Source: Cyclobacteriaceae bacterium
Lineage (GTDB): Bacteria > Bacteroidota > Bacteroidia > Cytophagales > Cyclobacteriaceae
Reading direction: 5' to 3'
Length of the DNA: 64,000 nucleotides
NCBI GenBank assembly: GCA_022842845.1
Contig: JALHOT010000006.1
Span: 110,526 to 174,525, forward strand
Numbering within the stretch: position 1 is the first letter of the stretch; each line of letters opens with the position of its first letter. This document shows, in pieces, positions 1-10,428 of the stretch. Below the pieces are notes generated by a model that searched no databases, was not told the origin of the DNA, and worked only from the letters and a program-made list of their open reading frames with translations. Made by a program: the position numbers and the translations under genes.

Positions 1-1
1 C

Positions 2-220
2 TTACCCCAAAGTCTTCCTGATGGCGCCCGAGCCAGCGCCAGTTCATTTGCTCGAGGTATTACCATGATGTTGATGATGTTACTGCTAGGATTACTGCAT
101 TATGGGGCACTGCAAATTAGTTGGGCACTTTGGATCCTAACACCTCTGCTTGGACTTATTGCCTATTATATGTTAAAGTCCTATCGATCTTTAAGCTGGA
201 AAGAACTTCAGACATCTTAA
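2..220 (+). CDS. 3' end of a membrane protein (partial, runs off the left edge)
   Basis: Open frame from position 2 (LPQSLPDGARAS...MMLMMLLLGLLHYGALQISWALWILTPLLGLIAYYML...KELQTS) to TAA at 218-220. Hydrophobic and followed by a terminator. Confidence 0.65.
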   Translation, partial: LPQSLPDGARASASSFARGITMMLMMLLLGLLHYGALQISWALWILTPLLGLIAYYMLKSYRSLSWKELQTS

Positions 221-247
221 GACAAATCAGTAACAATCTCTAAAATT

Positions 248-276
248 AAAAATGCGGGGAATACCCGCATTTTTTT
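248..276. terminator. Bidirectional intrinsic terminator
   Basis: AAAAATGCGGG-GAATA-CCCGCATTTTTTT hairpin with A/T tracts on both sides, between convergent genes. Confidence 0.85.
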
Positions 277-296
277 GTAAACATTCTGGCTTAAGA

Positions 297-1124
297 TTAC
301 AAATCCGACTTTTTCAATTTCAAGTAGCTCAAGTAATTAAAGGCAACAGTCCAGCATAAAACAATGGCTACTGAGGAAATGCTCACGTAATCCTGAATTT
401 CCTGAAACACGTAACGAGGAAATGGAATGGCCACCAAATTACTGATCGACTCCATCGGAAAAAAGGGGATTGCCCATGCCACATAGTCATCAATGTTGGC
501 CTTAATGATAAACTCAATCATAAATGAGAGACTCAGAATTACGATAGTTAGACCCGAACGCTGAATCAGCAAGCCCAACATTAGTGTATATGATAGAAAG
601 GCAAAGATTTCGAGAAAATAAGCACCTAAAAATCCAATATCAGTAAATAAGTAAGACAATTCCAAATCAGGTGTATAGATAAGCCCTGTCACCATCACAA
701 TCAGGAATATCATTACACAGCTCAATACGCTTAACAATACATTGGTAAAAATTTTAGATAGCAAGAATTCTGTACGACTCAAACCATCAATAATATTTTG
801 GCGTATGGTTCGGTAAGTAAATTCGTTAGTAACAGAAATTACCACCATAAAAGCAAGGATCAGTTTAAAGAACCCACTGATGTAGATCAGGTTTTGCCAG
901 ATATCTGGAAAGTGATAGAGTGGAATCCTGTTTATTTTAATCACACTACCAAATTCTGCGCCTTTTGAAGCTAACCATTTGAGAAATTCCATTCCACTGG
1001 CTGTAGTGAAACCAAGTGTTATAAAATACAAACCAACTACTACCCAAAATGTACGGTAGCTTGTTAGTTTCTTCAAGTCAATTGTTAACAGATGAAGCAT
1101 GGTGGCTAACTTTATTTGTTTCAA
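297..1124 (-). CDS. ABC transporter permease
   Basis: Multi-TM protein with the NEFTYRTIRQNIIDGLSR motif typical of ABC-2 permeases; adjacent to an ABC ATPase. Confidence 0.85.
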   Translation of the reverse strand: MKQIKLATMLHLLTIDLKKLTSYRTFWVVVGLYFITLGFTTASGMEFLKWLASKGAEFGSVIKINRIPLYHFPDIWQNLIYISGFFKLILAFMVVISVTNEFTYRTIRQNIIDGLSRTEFLLSKIFTNVLLSVLSCVMIFLIVMVTGLIYTPDLELSYLFTDIGFLGAYFLEIFAFLSYTLMLGLLIQRSGLTIVILSLSFMIEFIIKANIDDYVAWAIPFFPMESISNLVAIPFPRYVFQEIQDYVSISSVAIVLCWTVAFNYLSYLKLKKSDL

Positions 1125-1153
1125 AAATTTTTACAGTAATAATGGGAGCATTA

Positions 1154-2050
1154 CTACTTTTTATTATCGGCAAGTATTTCCAAAAATTGTTTTTCTAAAC
1201 TCTTCTTTTGAGTGGCCAGGTAAGAAACTACTATACCCTTATTGAATAGAAACTTATTCAAGTCGTGGCTATGGAAACCATCGTTCATTTGTACAGCATA
1301 GTTTGCACCCTCTTTCTTTACTGATTTAGCACCCTCAAACTTCTGTAAGATCAAGGCGAGGTCGTCATGGTAAGCATTAACCTCAACCAATTCCTCTCCT
1401 CTACCAACATCATCTACCGGGCCGCTATGTACTAATTGTCCTTTTCGCAACACTGCATAATGGGTACAAACCTTTTGCACTTCGTCTAATAAATGACTTG
1501 CTAAAATGATGGTTTTACCATCGGCTGCAATGCGTTTTATAATTTGTCTGATCTCAGCAATACCCATGGGATCTAAACCGTTGGTAGGTTCATCCAGAAT
1601 CAGAATTTCAGGATCGCTGACCAGAGCAGAGGCAATGGCCAGGCGTTGTTTCATACCTAGCGAATACGTTTTATACTTATCGTCTTTTCGGGCAGTAAGC
1701 TCAACAACCTCAAGCACCTTTGCTATGTTGGCAGGATCGGCCTGCTTAATTGTGGCATTAAGCTCAAGGTTCTTTTGTCCGCTGAGGTATGGATAAAAAA
1801 TTGGGTGTTCTAACACAGCCCCAATTCGTTTTCTGATGGTATGCGAGGGTGCTTCACCAAACCAGCTAAACTCACCAGCCGAAGGATTGGTAACACCCAT
1901 GAGCATGCCCAATGTTGTGGTTTTACCGCTTCCATTGGGGCCGAGCATACCGAATACCTGACCTGCTTTAACTTCCAGATTTAGTTGATTTACCGCACAA
2001 AGCTTCCCAAAGTTTTTGGTAAGTCCTTTTACTGATAGTACTGTTTGCAT
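1154..2050 (-). CDS. ABC transporter ATP-binding protein
   Basis: Walker A GPNGSGKTT, signature YSLGMKQ, Walker B ILILDEP, H-loop SHLL. Confidence 0.95.
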   Translation of the reverse strand: MQTVLSVKGLTKNFGKLCAVNQLNLEVKAGQVFGMLGPNGSGKTTTLGMLMGVTNPSAGEFSWFGEAPSHTIRKRIGAVLEHPIFYPYLSGQKNLELNATIKQADPANIAKVLEVVELTARKDDKYKTYSLGMKQRLAIASALVSDPEILILDEPTNGLDPMGIAEIRQIIKRIAADGKTIILASHLLDEVQKVCTHYAVLRKGQLVHSGPVDDVGRGEELVEVNAYHDDLALILQKFEGAKSVKKEGANYAVQMNDGFHSHDLNKFLFNKGIVVSYLATQKKSLEKQFLEILADNKK

Positions 2051-2078
2051 AGGGAATGAAGTGTTTTAACCAACGCTT

Positions 2079-2699
2079 TTAATTATGATCGTTCTCTTTA
2101 TCCTCCTTTTTGCTGACCTTATCATCGCCACCAAAAGCTTTAATCATTTTACCAATATCAGCGCTCTGGTTTAATGTTTGGAAAAACTGAGGGACTTTAC
2201 TCACTGCCACACTTCCTAAAATATCCAACACATACAAATCAGTGTCATCATTTACCAATACAATAGTGCCGGCTACCTTCCCCGCTTTCTCTTTTAAATA
2301 GATATCGAAATTTCGGCCATCCATCCGACTGGTCATGATCTCTTCGTATCCTTCTTTTTTATAGTCGGCAACTAAAGTTTTGAATTTTGAGCTTGTAAAC
2401 TTTGCTTCTTCCTTACCTATAGCGAGAAACTTCATTTTCTCAATATCCTTAATCAACTCATCAAATTCTTTACTCTCCTGCTGATTTAACATCTTCAGAG
2501 TGTTTTTATAAAAGAATAAGGCAAGAGCATCTTGATTAGCGTCATGCAAAGCCTGCGTGGTTTTACTTTGGCCGAAAGCAAACGAACTACAAATCATGAT
2601 GCAAAGAAAAACACCAGCTACTTTCATACTCATCATATTTTCTATATAAGTGTAAATGACTCTCGAAATATTACAAGCTGGTTGAAGTAATTTTTCCAC
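2079..2699 (-). CDS. DUF4252-family exported protein (true start probably the downstream MMSMK)
   Basis: Signal peptide, YEEIMTSR-type motif, paralogous to the two neighbours. Confidence 0.7.
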   Translation of the reverse strand: MEKLLQPACNISRVIYTYIENMMSMKVAGVFLCIMICSSFAFGQSKTTQALHDANQDALALFFYKNTLKMLNQQESKEFDELIKDIEKMKFLAIGKEEAKFTSSKFKTLVADYKKEGYEEIMTSRMDGRNFDIYLKEKAGKVAGTIVLVNDDTDLYVLDILGSVAVSKVPQFFQTLNQSADIGKMIKAFGGDDKVSKKEDKENDHN

Positions 2700-3147
2700 T
2701 TGTAAAATGAGCAGGGTTAATATGCCCCTTCATTTCAAAAACAATCACTTCGTTTCCCTCATCAACAATAATCACATAGCGCTCATCCCTTGCACCTGGC
2801 GCTAGCAAAACGCTAATATGCTCTCCATTATCTCGCACATCCATTAAATTCTCAAATCGGTTTTCTACTAAAAACTTCTTGTAGCCCTGTACTGAAAGAT
2901 GTTGATCACTGAAAGCAGACTTCGGAATAGAAATGAATTCAATACTGCGAATACTCGAAACTGCCTCTTGAAAGGGTTCATCATCAATCATTTTTATAGC
3001 CAGCCTGGCCAACAAACCATTTAACTTGAAAGCATGTACGTCTGCTTCCCCTTTAAACTTTTTCTTTAATACATGCAGGCCACTACTTTGCGTGTACCCC
3101 AACAGGCTTGTCATTAAAAATACCAATGTTACTATTAGAGTCCTCAT
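2671..3147 (-). CDS. DUF4252-family exported protein
   Basis: Signal peptide, FENLMDVRD motif, operon context. Confidence 0.7.
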   Translation of the reverse strand: MRTLIVTLVFLMTSLLGYTQSSGLHVLKKKFKGEADVHAFKLNGLLARLAIKMIDDEPFQEAVSSIRSIEFISIPKSAFSDQHLSVQGYKKFLVENRFENLMDVRDNGEHISVLLAPGARDERYVIIVDEGNEVIVFEMKGHINPAHFTSGKITSTSL

Positions 3148-3211
3148 AATGTATGGGTTTAAAAAAGTGAGGTCTGCTTTTAACAGACCTCACTCTTTGT
3201 GTGTGATTTAT

Positions 3212-3745
3212 TTATTGCTTCTTCTTATCGATATTCTCAAGCTTATCAAGGCCCTCAATATCCATGCGCTTACCAATACGGCTAACCTGCTTCAGATCAA
3301 TTTCACCATAGAGAGTCATTACCATAAAATCTGTGGTGCCGCCCATAACCATAATGAGCTCTGAGATTTTACCCTTGCCATCATCTTTGATCAAGAACTT
3401 CATATCCTGATCCTTATCGCGAACAGTCATTAACTCTTCGTAATCTTTCACGGGAATCAAAGTAAAAGCTTCTTTGTAAAGTTCACGGGCATTGCGTGCA
3501 TCTTCTTTAGCCAAAATCCGTAAGCCTTTAATCTTACTAATCGCTTCAACTACTTCTTTGTCCTCAGCTGTTTCAACCTCCATGTTAGTAAAGAGGCTAA
3601 ACATTTTACTACTCACAGTTACCTGACTAAAACTATCATCATTTTGATATTTAGCAAAGAACTTAGAGATGGCATCACTCTGCGCCATACTTACTCCGTA
3701 GCCGGCCAACATCATCAATATTAACATCAACTTTTTCATATTCAT
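3212..3745 (-). CDS. DUF4252-family exported protein
   Basis: Signal peptide; FSQVTVSSKMFSLF and YEELMTVRDKDQDMKF motifs. Confidence 0.8.
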   Translation of the reverse strand: MNMKKLMLILMMLAGYGVSMAQSDAISKFFAKYQNDDSFSQVTVSSKMFSLFTNMEVETAEDKEVVEAISKIKGLRILAKEDARNARELYKEAFTLIPVKDYEELMTVRDKDQDMKFLIKDDGKGKISELIMVMGGTTDFMVMTLYGEIDLKQVSRIGKRMDIEGLDKLENIDKKKQ

Positions 3746-3788
3746 CAGTTTTTTAAATTTTCAATTTATTTTAGTTCACTTGACTGTT

Positions 3789-4301
3789 TCAGCTGTCAAT
3801 CTTTTGTTCTTCTTTTGACTGGATCTTACTTTTTGCTTCGTTCAATAAGTTGATGTTCGCTGTTGCTTTCTGACCCTTACTGAAGTTTTTAGAAATTAAC
3901 TGTAACGCTTTCTTTGTTTCTTCAAAAGCTTTTTTAGGATCATCGTAGGTGTCCGTCAGTTCCTGAGGTTGCGAGTCCCTTATTTGGGTTCTCACCAGCC
4001 AGAAGGAAGCCAGCACCACACTTATTCCCGCAGCAATCCTTAAACTACTGTATAAGAGACTCCTTACTTTAGTAGTTGTTGGTTCAAGTTTTCTTTTCAA
4101 TTCGCCATCGAACGATACATCTGTGATCATTTGTTGGCGTTGCTGCTCAAAGTATCTGAACAAAGAGGCTGATTCTTTGAGGTGCTGTGGAACATCTGAC
4201 TGATGAAAAAAATCGCGCAAGGTCTTTTCCTCTTCCAGGCTTGTTTCGCAGGCCCAATACTTTTCCAGCAATTGTTCTATTTTCTTAGAGTCCATAGGCA
4301 T
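3789..4301 (-). CDS. Putative anti-sigma factor (single TM)
   Basis: N-terminal IEQLLEKYWACETSLEEEKTL motif, one TM segment, overlaps the ECF sigma gene. Confidence 0.75.
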   Translation of the reverse strand: MPMDSKKIEQLLEKYWACETSLEEEKTLRDFFHQSDVPQHLKESASLFRYFEQQRQQMITDVSFDGELKRKLEPTTTKVRSLLYSSLRIAAGISVVLASFWLVRTQIRDSQPQELTDTYDDPKKAFEETKKALQLISKNFSKGQKATANINLLNEAKSKIQSKEEQKIDS

Positions 4302-4797
4302 TTGCTTTTACTAGTTTTTCACGAACGGCATTCCGTGCTCTGAACAGGTTTACTTTTACCTGATTCATATCCAGTTCCAGAATGTCGCAGATTTCATTGT
4401 AGCTATACCCCTCCACATCGCGAAGGTGCATTACCTGCCTTTGCTTTTCAGGTAAGGCAGCCATTAATTGGTTTACTCGCTGCATACTTTCACGTAGTTC
4501 AGTTGATTCGTGAGGCGTTAACGCTTCGTTACGAACATCAAAACTTCCATCAATCGATTGGGCCTGTCTTCGGTTATTAGAGCGTATGCGATCCAAGGAT
4601 AGATTTTTAGTGATGCGCATGCACCAAGCCTCCATATTTTGGATTTCTGCCATTTGCTCTCTACCGTTCCAAACCCGGATCATTACTTCCTGCACTACAT
4701 CCTTCGCTTCATCTTCGCTGCCCACTAGGCGCAAAGCAAAACGAAAAAGCTTGTTTTTTGCTGGTAAAACGCGATTTTGGAAAGATTCGAAATTCAT
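4285..4797 (-). CDS. ECF sigma-70 factor
   Basis: Region 2 (EAKDVVQEVMIRVW) and region 4 HTH (LPEKQRQVMHLRDVEGYSYNEIC...QVKVNLFRAR). Confidence 0.93.
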   Translation of the reverse strand: MNFESFQNRVLPAKNKLFRFALRLVGSEDEAKDVVQEVMIRVWNGREQMAEIQNMEAWCMRITKNLSLDRIRSNNRRQAQSIDGSFDVRNEALTPHESTELRESMQRVNQLMAALPEKQRQVMHLRDVEGYSYNEICDILELDMNQVKVNLFRARNAVREKLVKANAYGL

Positions 4798-4817
4798 TCG
4801 GTTTTGAATTCAAGTAC

Positions 4818-4845
4818 TAGACGACATGACCCCTACGATGTTACA
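4818..4845 (-). promoter_or_regulatory. ECF-type promoter (TGTAAC-N16-CGTCTA) upstream of the ECF sigma gene
   Basis: Minus strand reads TGTAAC-atcgtaggggtcatgt-CGTCTA, matching the classical ECF -35 AAC / -10 CGT consensus with 16-nt spacing, 20 nt before the ATG. Confidence 0.7.
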
Positions 4846-4894
4846 AAAGATTTTAAAATATTTACCCGCCATCGTATCTTTTGCCCTTTAGGTT

Positions 4895-5119
4895 ATGAAA
4901 GACAGCGATAATATCATCTTATTCAAGAAGTATAACTCAACAATTGAAGCCAACCTGGTCAAAACTAAGCTGGATGCATACGGTATTCCTTGTTTTTTGA
5001 CCAATGAAACAATTTCATCTCTATACTCCCTCCCCTATATGAAAGGAATGGAGGTTGGCTTATATATCTTTGAGAATGACAAAGTAAGGGTTGAGGAAGT
5101 AATGAACGAAGAAGATTAG
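4895..5119 (+). CDS. DUF2007-like (putative signal-transducing) small protein
   Basis: IEANLVKTKLDAYGIPCFLTNE motif. Confidence 0.75.
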   Translation: MKDSDNIILFKKYNSTIEANLVKTKLDAYGIPCFLTNETISSLYSLPYMKGMEVGLYIFENDKVRVEEVMNEED

Positions 5120-5166
5120 ACTTCTCTATAACAAAATCGCTTAAAATCTGTATTTATAAAAATTTC

Positions 5167-8100
5167 TTGACTAGCCATATGATGAATAGAAGTAAAGCCT
5201 TCTGGATTAAACTCATTTTCGGAATTATTGCAATCCCCTGCCTGGTTTTTAGCATCCTGATCGGTATACTTTTTTGGAAACAAGAAGCTATTGTACAAGA
5301 CCTCGTAAGCACCATAAACCAAGATTTTGTAGGTGAACTTAGACTAGAAGGTAGCCATATTTCACCCTTTGCCAACTTCCCTTATATATCCATCGACCTG
5401 GATGAGGTGAGCGTGTACGAAAGCAAAGACACTGCCACCAAGGCCCTATTAAAAATCAGCGACATCTATATTGGTTTTGATATGTGGTCTTTATTAGGCG
5501 GCTCGGTAGATATCAAAGCCATTAAGCTTCGCGGTGGATTTATCACCCTAGTACAACACACAGATGGAAGCTTTAACATCACCAATGCCTTGTCTCCCAA
5601 AAAGAAGATTGATGATGCTGGAGAAGAGTTTCATATGCACCTGAAGCGCATTGAATTAATCAACATTGATCTGATGAAGGTGAATGAAGAGAATAACCTG
5701 GTTCTCGAAACATTTATAGACGATGCCGTATCCACTTTTAAGACCAGTGAAAACCATATTTACGCTTCTCTGGATAGTCGCTTTTTGCTAAACGTGATTA
5801 TGGATGGAGATACCACCTTCATTAAACACAAACATTTTGATATTAATACGGAGCTGGATTATCTGAGCGATGAACAAAAATTAATCATTCAACCTTCTGA
5901 AGTAAAACTTGAACAAGCTCTTTTTAAAATGGATGGCAGCATCGACATTGATGACGACATGCATCTTGATATTAACTTCCATGGTAACAAACCTAACTTC
6001 GACCTGTTTCTTGCCTTTGCACCAGAAGAATTGGCTCCTGCTTTAGCTCGTTACGATAATGCCGGTAAAATATTTTTTGAAGCCAGCATAAAAGGAAAAT
6101 CAATTAATGGTCATAATCCCTTAGTAGTAGCTGACTTTGGCTGCGAAGATGCCTTCTTTGATAATACCGTTACAAAGAAACGCCTGGATGACCTTTACTT
6201 TAAAGGACATTTTACTACCGGAGAAAAACGTAACGCCTCCACCATGCAGTTTTCATTAGTTGATTTCTCCGCTAAGCCGGAGGCAGGAACATTTAGTGGA
6301 AATCTGATGGTTAAAAATTTCGAGTCTCCTGAAATTGATATGCAATTGAAGTCTGACTTCGACCTTGACTTCCTTTCTAAGTTTCTCAATATAAATGACC
6401 TAAAGGATTTAAAAGGAAGAGTAGCGCTAACTATGAATTTTCACGACATTATTGATTTGTCTAACCCTGAAAAGAGTATTGAAAAGCTAAACGAATCTTA
6501 CTTTACTGAACTTACAGTAGAAAATTTAAGCTTCACATCCCCTGACTTTCATTTGCCGGTGAGCGATATTGATATCAAGGCCACGATGGATGGGCATGAG
6601 GCTGTCATCGAACATTTTCGTATAAAGGTAGGAGATTCTGACATTGCCATAAAAGGGAGCATCAGTGACTTACCTGCTATTCTGCATCACACCGCAGCGC
6701 CTGTGAGCGCTGTCATGGAAGTAAAATCAAGTTTAATAGATATTAAACAACTCAGTGCTTTTGATACTGCCAAGCAAAAACCTGTAGATGAAAAAATTAA
6801 AGACTTGAGTCTTAAACTCCGCTTCAATAGTTCAGCCAAAGCCTTTACAGAATCACCCAACTTACCCATTGGAGAATTCTTTGTTGAAGACTTATTTGCT
6901 CAATTCACACATTACCCACACAAATTCCACGACTTCCATGCCGATGTTTTTATTGATAACCAGGATTTTCGCATTGTCGATTTTACAGGGATGATCGATA
7001 AGAGTGATTTTCATTTTACAGGTAAACTCAAAAATTACGATTTGTGGTTTAACGAAGATCCACTAGGAGACACGAAGGTTGAGTTCAACCTAACTTCAGA
7101 TTTACTCCAGCTAGAAGACTTGTTCTCTTATGGAGGAGAAAACTATGTTCCTGAAGATTATCGTCATGAAGAATTCAAAAAGCTTAAAATTCATGGCTTT
7201 GCTGATTTACATTTTCAAAAAGGATTACAATCCTCTGATGTATATATTGATAAACTTGAAGCCCTAATGAAGGTACATCCAATTAAATTTGAAAGATTTA
7301 AGGGACGCATTCATTATGAAAAAGAACATCTACTGGTCGAGAACTTTGGGGGACAGATCGGAAACAGCCAGTTTGAGGTGGACTTACATTATTACCTTGG
7401 CACAGATGAGACTATAAGAAAAAGGGATAATCACTTTAGCATTAGTGGTCCACGTTTGGATTTTGATCAATTATTCAATTACAACCCTCCACCTGCCAAT
7501 AGCCAAAGCAAGCCGGAAGATCACGAAGCTGTTTTCAATATCTACGACCTTCCCTTCACAGATATGACCTTCAATGCAGACATCAAGCATGTTAACTATC
7601 ATCGTTACTTATTGGATGATTTTTATCTAAAAGGACGAACTCAAAAGAACCACTACATCTATTTGGATACGATGTCGTTAAAAGCTGCTGGTGGTCAAAT
7701 TAATCTCCATGGCTATTTCAATGGTGCTGACAGAAATAAAATTTACTTTAGTCCTGTAATGAAGCTGCATAAAGTTGATCTTGACAAGCTTCTTTTTAAG
7801 TTTGAAAATTTTGGGCAAGATCATCTGGTATCTGAAAATCTGCATGGTAAGCTTAGCGGAACCATTAGTGGAAAAATTCATATGCATGCTGATATGGTAC
7901 CTATCATTGATGATTCAGAAATTCACCTGGATGTGGATGTTACACAAGGAAGATTGGAGCACTATGCTGCCTTAGATGCGCTTTCCGATTATTTCAAGGA
8001 TAAAAACTTATCGAAGGTTTTGTTTGATACACTGCAAAACAAACTTGATCTAACAAAAGGCGTTCTATCTATTCCAAAGATGACTATCAACTCAACCTTA

Positions 8101-8349
8101 GGCTTTATTGAAATCTCCGGTAAGCAAGATATGAACATGAACATGGAATATTACTTGCGTGTTCCCTGGAAGCTGGTAACCCAGGTAGGATCACAAAAAT
8201 TATTTGGAAGTGATGCAAAACCACAGGAAGAAGATCAGATCCAGTATAAAGATGAAACAAAACGCATCCGTTTTATCAATTTGAAGATTACAGGAACGCC
8301 CGATAATTATAAGATATCCTTGGCCAAGGATAAGAATCAGTATAACTAA
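5167..8349 (+). CDS. AsmA-like envelope protein
   Basis: N-terminal TM anchor, long beta-rich body, C-terminal AsmA-like motif (IPKMTINSTLGFIEISGKQDMNMNMEYYLRVP). Confidence 0.75.
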   Translation: MTSHMMNRSKAFWIKLIFGIIAIPCLVFSILIGILFWKQEAIVQDLVSTINQDFVGELRLEGSHISPFANFPYISIDLDEVSVYESKDTATKALLKISDIYIGFDMWSLLGGSVDIKAIKLRGGFITLVQHTDGSFNITNALSPKKKIDDAGEEFHMHLKRIELINIDLMKVNEENNLVLETFIDDAVSTFKTSENHIYASLDSRFLLNVIMDGDTTFIKHKHFDINTELDYLSDEQKLIIQPSEVKLEQALFKMDGSIDIDDDMHLDINFHGNKPNFDLFLAFAPEELAPALARYDNAGKIFFEASIKGKSINGHNPLVVADFGCEDAFFDNTVTKKRLDDLYFKGHFTTGEKRNASTMQFSLVDFSAKPEAGTFSGNLMVKNFESPEIDMQLKSDFDLDFLSKFLNINDLKDLKGRVALTMNFHDIIDLSNPEKSIEKLNESYFTELTVENLSFTSPDFHLPVSDIDIKATMDGHEAVIEHFRIKVGDSDIAIKGSISDLPAILHHTAAPVSAVMEVKSSLIDIKQLSAFDTAKQKPVDEKIKDLSLKLRFNSSAKAFTESPNLPIGEFFVEDLFAQFTHYPHKFHDFHADVFIDNQDFRIVDFTGMIDKSDFHFTGKLKNYDLWFNEDPLGDTKVEFNLTSDLLQLEDLFSYGGENYVPEDYRHEEFKKLKIHGFADLHFQKGLQSSDVYIDKLEALMKVHPIKFERFKGRIHYEKEHLLVENFGGQIGNSQFEVDLHYYLGTDETIRKRDNHFSISGPRLDFDQLFNYNPPPANSQSKPEDHEAVFNIYDLPFTDMTFNADIKHVNYHRYLLDDFYLKGRTQKNHYIYLDTMSLKAAGGQINLHGYFNGADRNKIYFSPVMKLHKVDLDKLLFKFENFGQDHLVSENLHGKLSGTISGKIHMHADMVPIIDDSEIHLDVDVTQGRLEHYAALDALSDYFKDKNLSKVLFDTLQNKLDLTKGVLSIPKMTINSTLGFIEISGKQDMNMNMEYYLRVPWKLVTQVGSQKLFGSDAKPQEEDQIQYKDETKRIRFINLKITGTPDNYKISLAKDKNQYN

Positions 8350-8369
8350 ATGACATATCTCCAGTATAC

Positions 8370-10427
8370 ATGATCCGCTTTATAATACTTATCAGCTCCT
8401 GTCATATCCTCTACTCTTCCAAAGTTATAGCACAAGATTCAACCCGCTATCTGAATGAAGTTACCGTAAGCGCCTTTAGAAGCAATCGACCCCTTGCTGA
8501 AGTAGCCGGTGCTGTAGCCACATTAGACTCGAAAAGTTTAAATAGATTTTCAAATACTAATCTGTTGCCTGCGGTCAATACAATTCCAGGTATTCGGATG
8601 GAAGAAAGATCTCCTGGCAGTTATCGATTTTCAGTACGGGGAAGTTTATTGAGGTCACCCTTTGGTGTCAGAAATGTAAAATTCTATTGGAATGGTCTTC
8701 CCCTTACTGACGGGGGTGGAAATACCTATTTGAACTTACTCGACTTCAATGCGATTGGATCGATGGAGATAATTAAAGGACCTGGTGCCAGTTTATATGG
8801 TGCCGGTACCGGTGGGGTTGTATTGCTCAATAGTCCGCCAGCAACCGATGAGTCAAGTCAGTTATCGGTACAAGTGGGAAGTGATGGATTATTTCGCTTG
8901 CAAGCCAGCAAATCATTTAATATATCCCCAAAATCATATCTCAATACGAGAGTAGCCTTACAACAAGCAGATGGTTATAGGGAACAGTCTGCTATGAGTC
9001 GAATGAGTGCAGGTGTAGATTGGCGATATGCAATTGGAGAAAAAAGTACTTTAACCACTTCATACCTTTACAGCAACCTATATTACGAAACGCCTGGCGG
9101 CCTTACAAAAGATCAATTTGAAGCAGACCCCCGACAAGCGAGACCCAGGAGTGGTCCATTCCCGGGTAGTGCGGAACAACAGGCATCCGTCACAAATAAA
9201 ACACATCTAGTTTCCAGTCTCTACGAAACTACTATTCAATCGAATATACTGGTAAATATAGGAGCCATTGCATCTTATACAGATTTTGCCAATCCTACCA
9301 TTCGTAATTATGAAGAAAGAACTGAAAGTAATATTGGCGCAAGAACTGAAATTCAATACCAACATAAAATTGGAGATATAAAGAACAAAATAATTTTGGG
9401 AGGTGAATACCAATACTTCTATTCTCCGATTACAGTTTCTACCAATAGTGGTGGTACCTTAGGAACCCTCCAAACAGAAGATCTCTTAAAGTCTTCCGGG
9501 GGACTTGCCTTTGTACAATCAGAGGCAGATTTAACTAAGAATATTTTTGTTACACTAGGGGCTAGTGTAAACATGCTTCGCTATGATCTAACGCGAGAAT
9601 TTCCTGCGCCTTCGATTCAACAGATAAGAAACTTTTCGCCTGCCCTGTTCCCAAGGCTTGGACTAGTAAAACAATTCAATAGAGCAGTTGCTTTACACGC
9701 AAGTATCAGTAGTGGCTTCTCCCCTCCTTCTCTGGCTGAAGTAAGGCCTTCGACTGGTACTTTTAATAACATCCTCAATCCGGAAACAGGATTGAACACA
9801 GAGCTTGGCATTCGAGGTAAAATAAAGAAGAGACTTTCTTTTGATCTAAGCGTTTATTCATTTCGATTAAAGGAAGCAATCGTGATTCAACGGAATGCGG
9901 ATGGAGCAGAGTATTTTGTAAATGCAGGAGAACTTAATCAACAAGGGCTGGAACTAAGTCTTAATTACCCAAGTATTCGTATTGTTGAGAACTTACTGCA
10001 GGCAGATCTATTTTTGACTTATGCGAGTCAGCAATATTTTTTTAACGATTACGTACAAGATGGCAATGATTACACCGATAACAGAGTTACCGGAGTGGCA
10101 CCCAATACCTTAAGTGCAGGAATAGACTTATTGATCAGAGATAAGTTTTATGTAAATGGAAGTGCCTATTACTATGATCATATTCCCTTAAACGATGCGA
10201 ATAGTGTATATGCTCCCTTTGTGTGGATCGTGAATACAAGAGTAGGTTACAAGCATAGTGGCAAGCTACCCTTCGAAGTATTCGTTACTGCAGATAATCT
10301 TTTGAGTGAGAACTATAGCTTAGGTCACGATCTAAACGCTATAGGTGGGCGTTATTACAATGCTGCTGCAAAGCGTAACTATTCTTTAGGGCTGATTATA
10401 AAACCTACTCTAAAAAGAGGTATATAA
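8370..10427 (+). CDS. TonB-dependent receptor
   Basis: LNEVTVSA TonB-box region, plug motifs (PGIRMEERSPGSYRFSVRGS; MEIIKGPGASLYG), beta-barrel, LNPETG motif. Confidence 0.9.
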   Translation: MIRFIILISSCHILYSSKVIAQDSTRYLNEVTVSAFRSNRPLAEVAGAVATLDSKSLNRFSNTNLLPAVNTIPGIRMEERSPGSYRFSVRGSLLRSPFGVRNVKFYWNGLPLTDGGGNTYLNLLDFNAIGSMEIIKGPGASLYGAGTGGVVLLNSPPATDESSQLSVQVGSDGLFRLQASKSFNISPKSYLNTRVALQQADGYREQSAMSRMSAGVDWRYAIGEKSTLTTSYLYSNLYYETPGGLTKDQFEADPRQARPRSGPFPGSAEQQASVTNKTHLVSSLYETTIQSNILVNIGAIASYTDFANPTIRNYEERTESNIGARTEIQYQHKIGDIKNKIILGGEYQYFYSPITVSTNSGGTLGTLQTEDLLKSSGGLAFVQSEADLTKNIFVTLGASVNMLRYDLTREFPAPSIQQIRNFSPALFPRLGLVKQFNRAVALHASISSGFSPPSLAEVRPSTGTFNNILNPETGLNTELGIRGKIKKRLSFDLSVYSFRLKEAIVIQRNADGAEYFVNAGELNQQGLELSLNYPSIRIVENLLQADLFLTYASQQYFFNDYVQDGNDYTDNRVTGVAPNTLSAGIDLLIRDKFYVNGSAYYYDHIPLNDANSVYAPFVWIVNTRVGYKHSGKLPFEVFVTADNLLSENYSLGHDLNAIGGRYYNAAAKRNYSLGLIIKPTLKRGI

Positions 10428-10428
10428 C

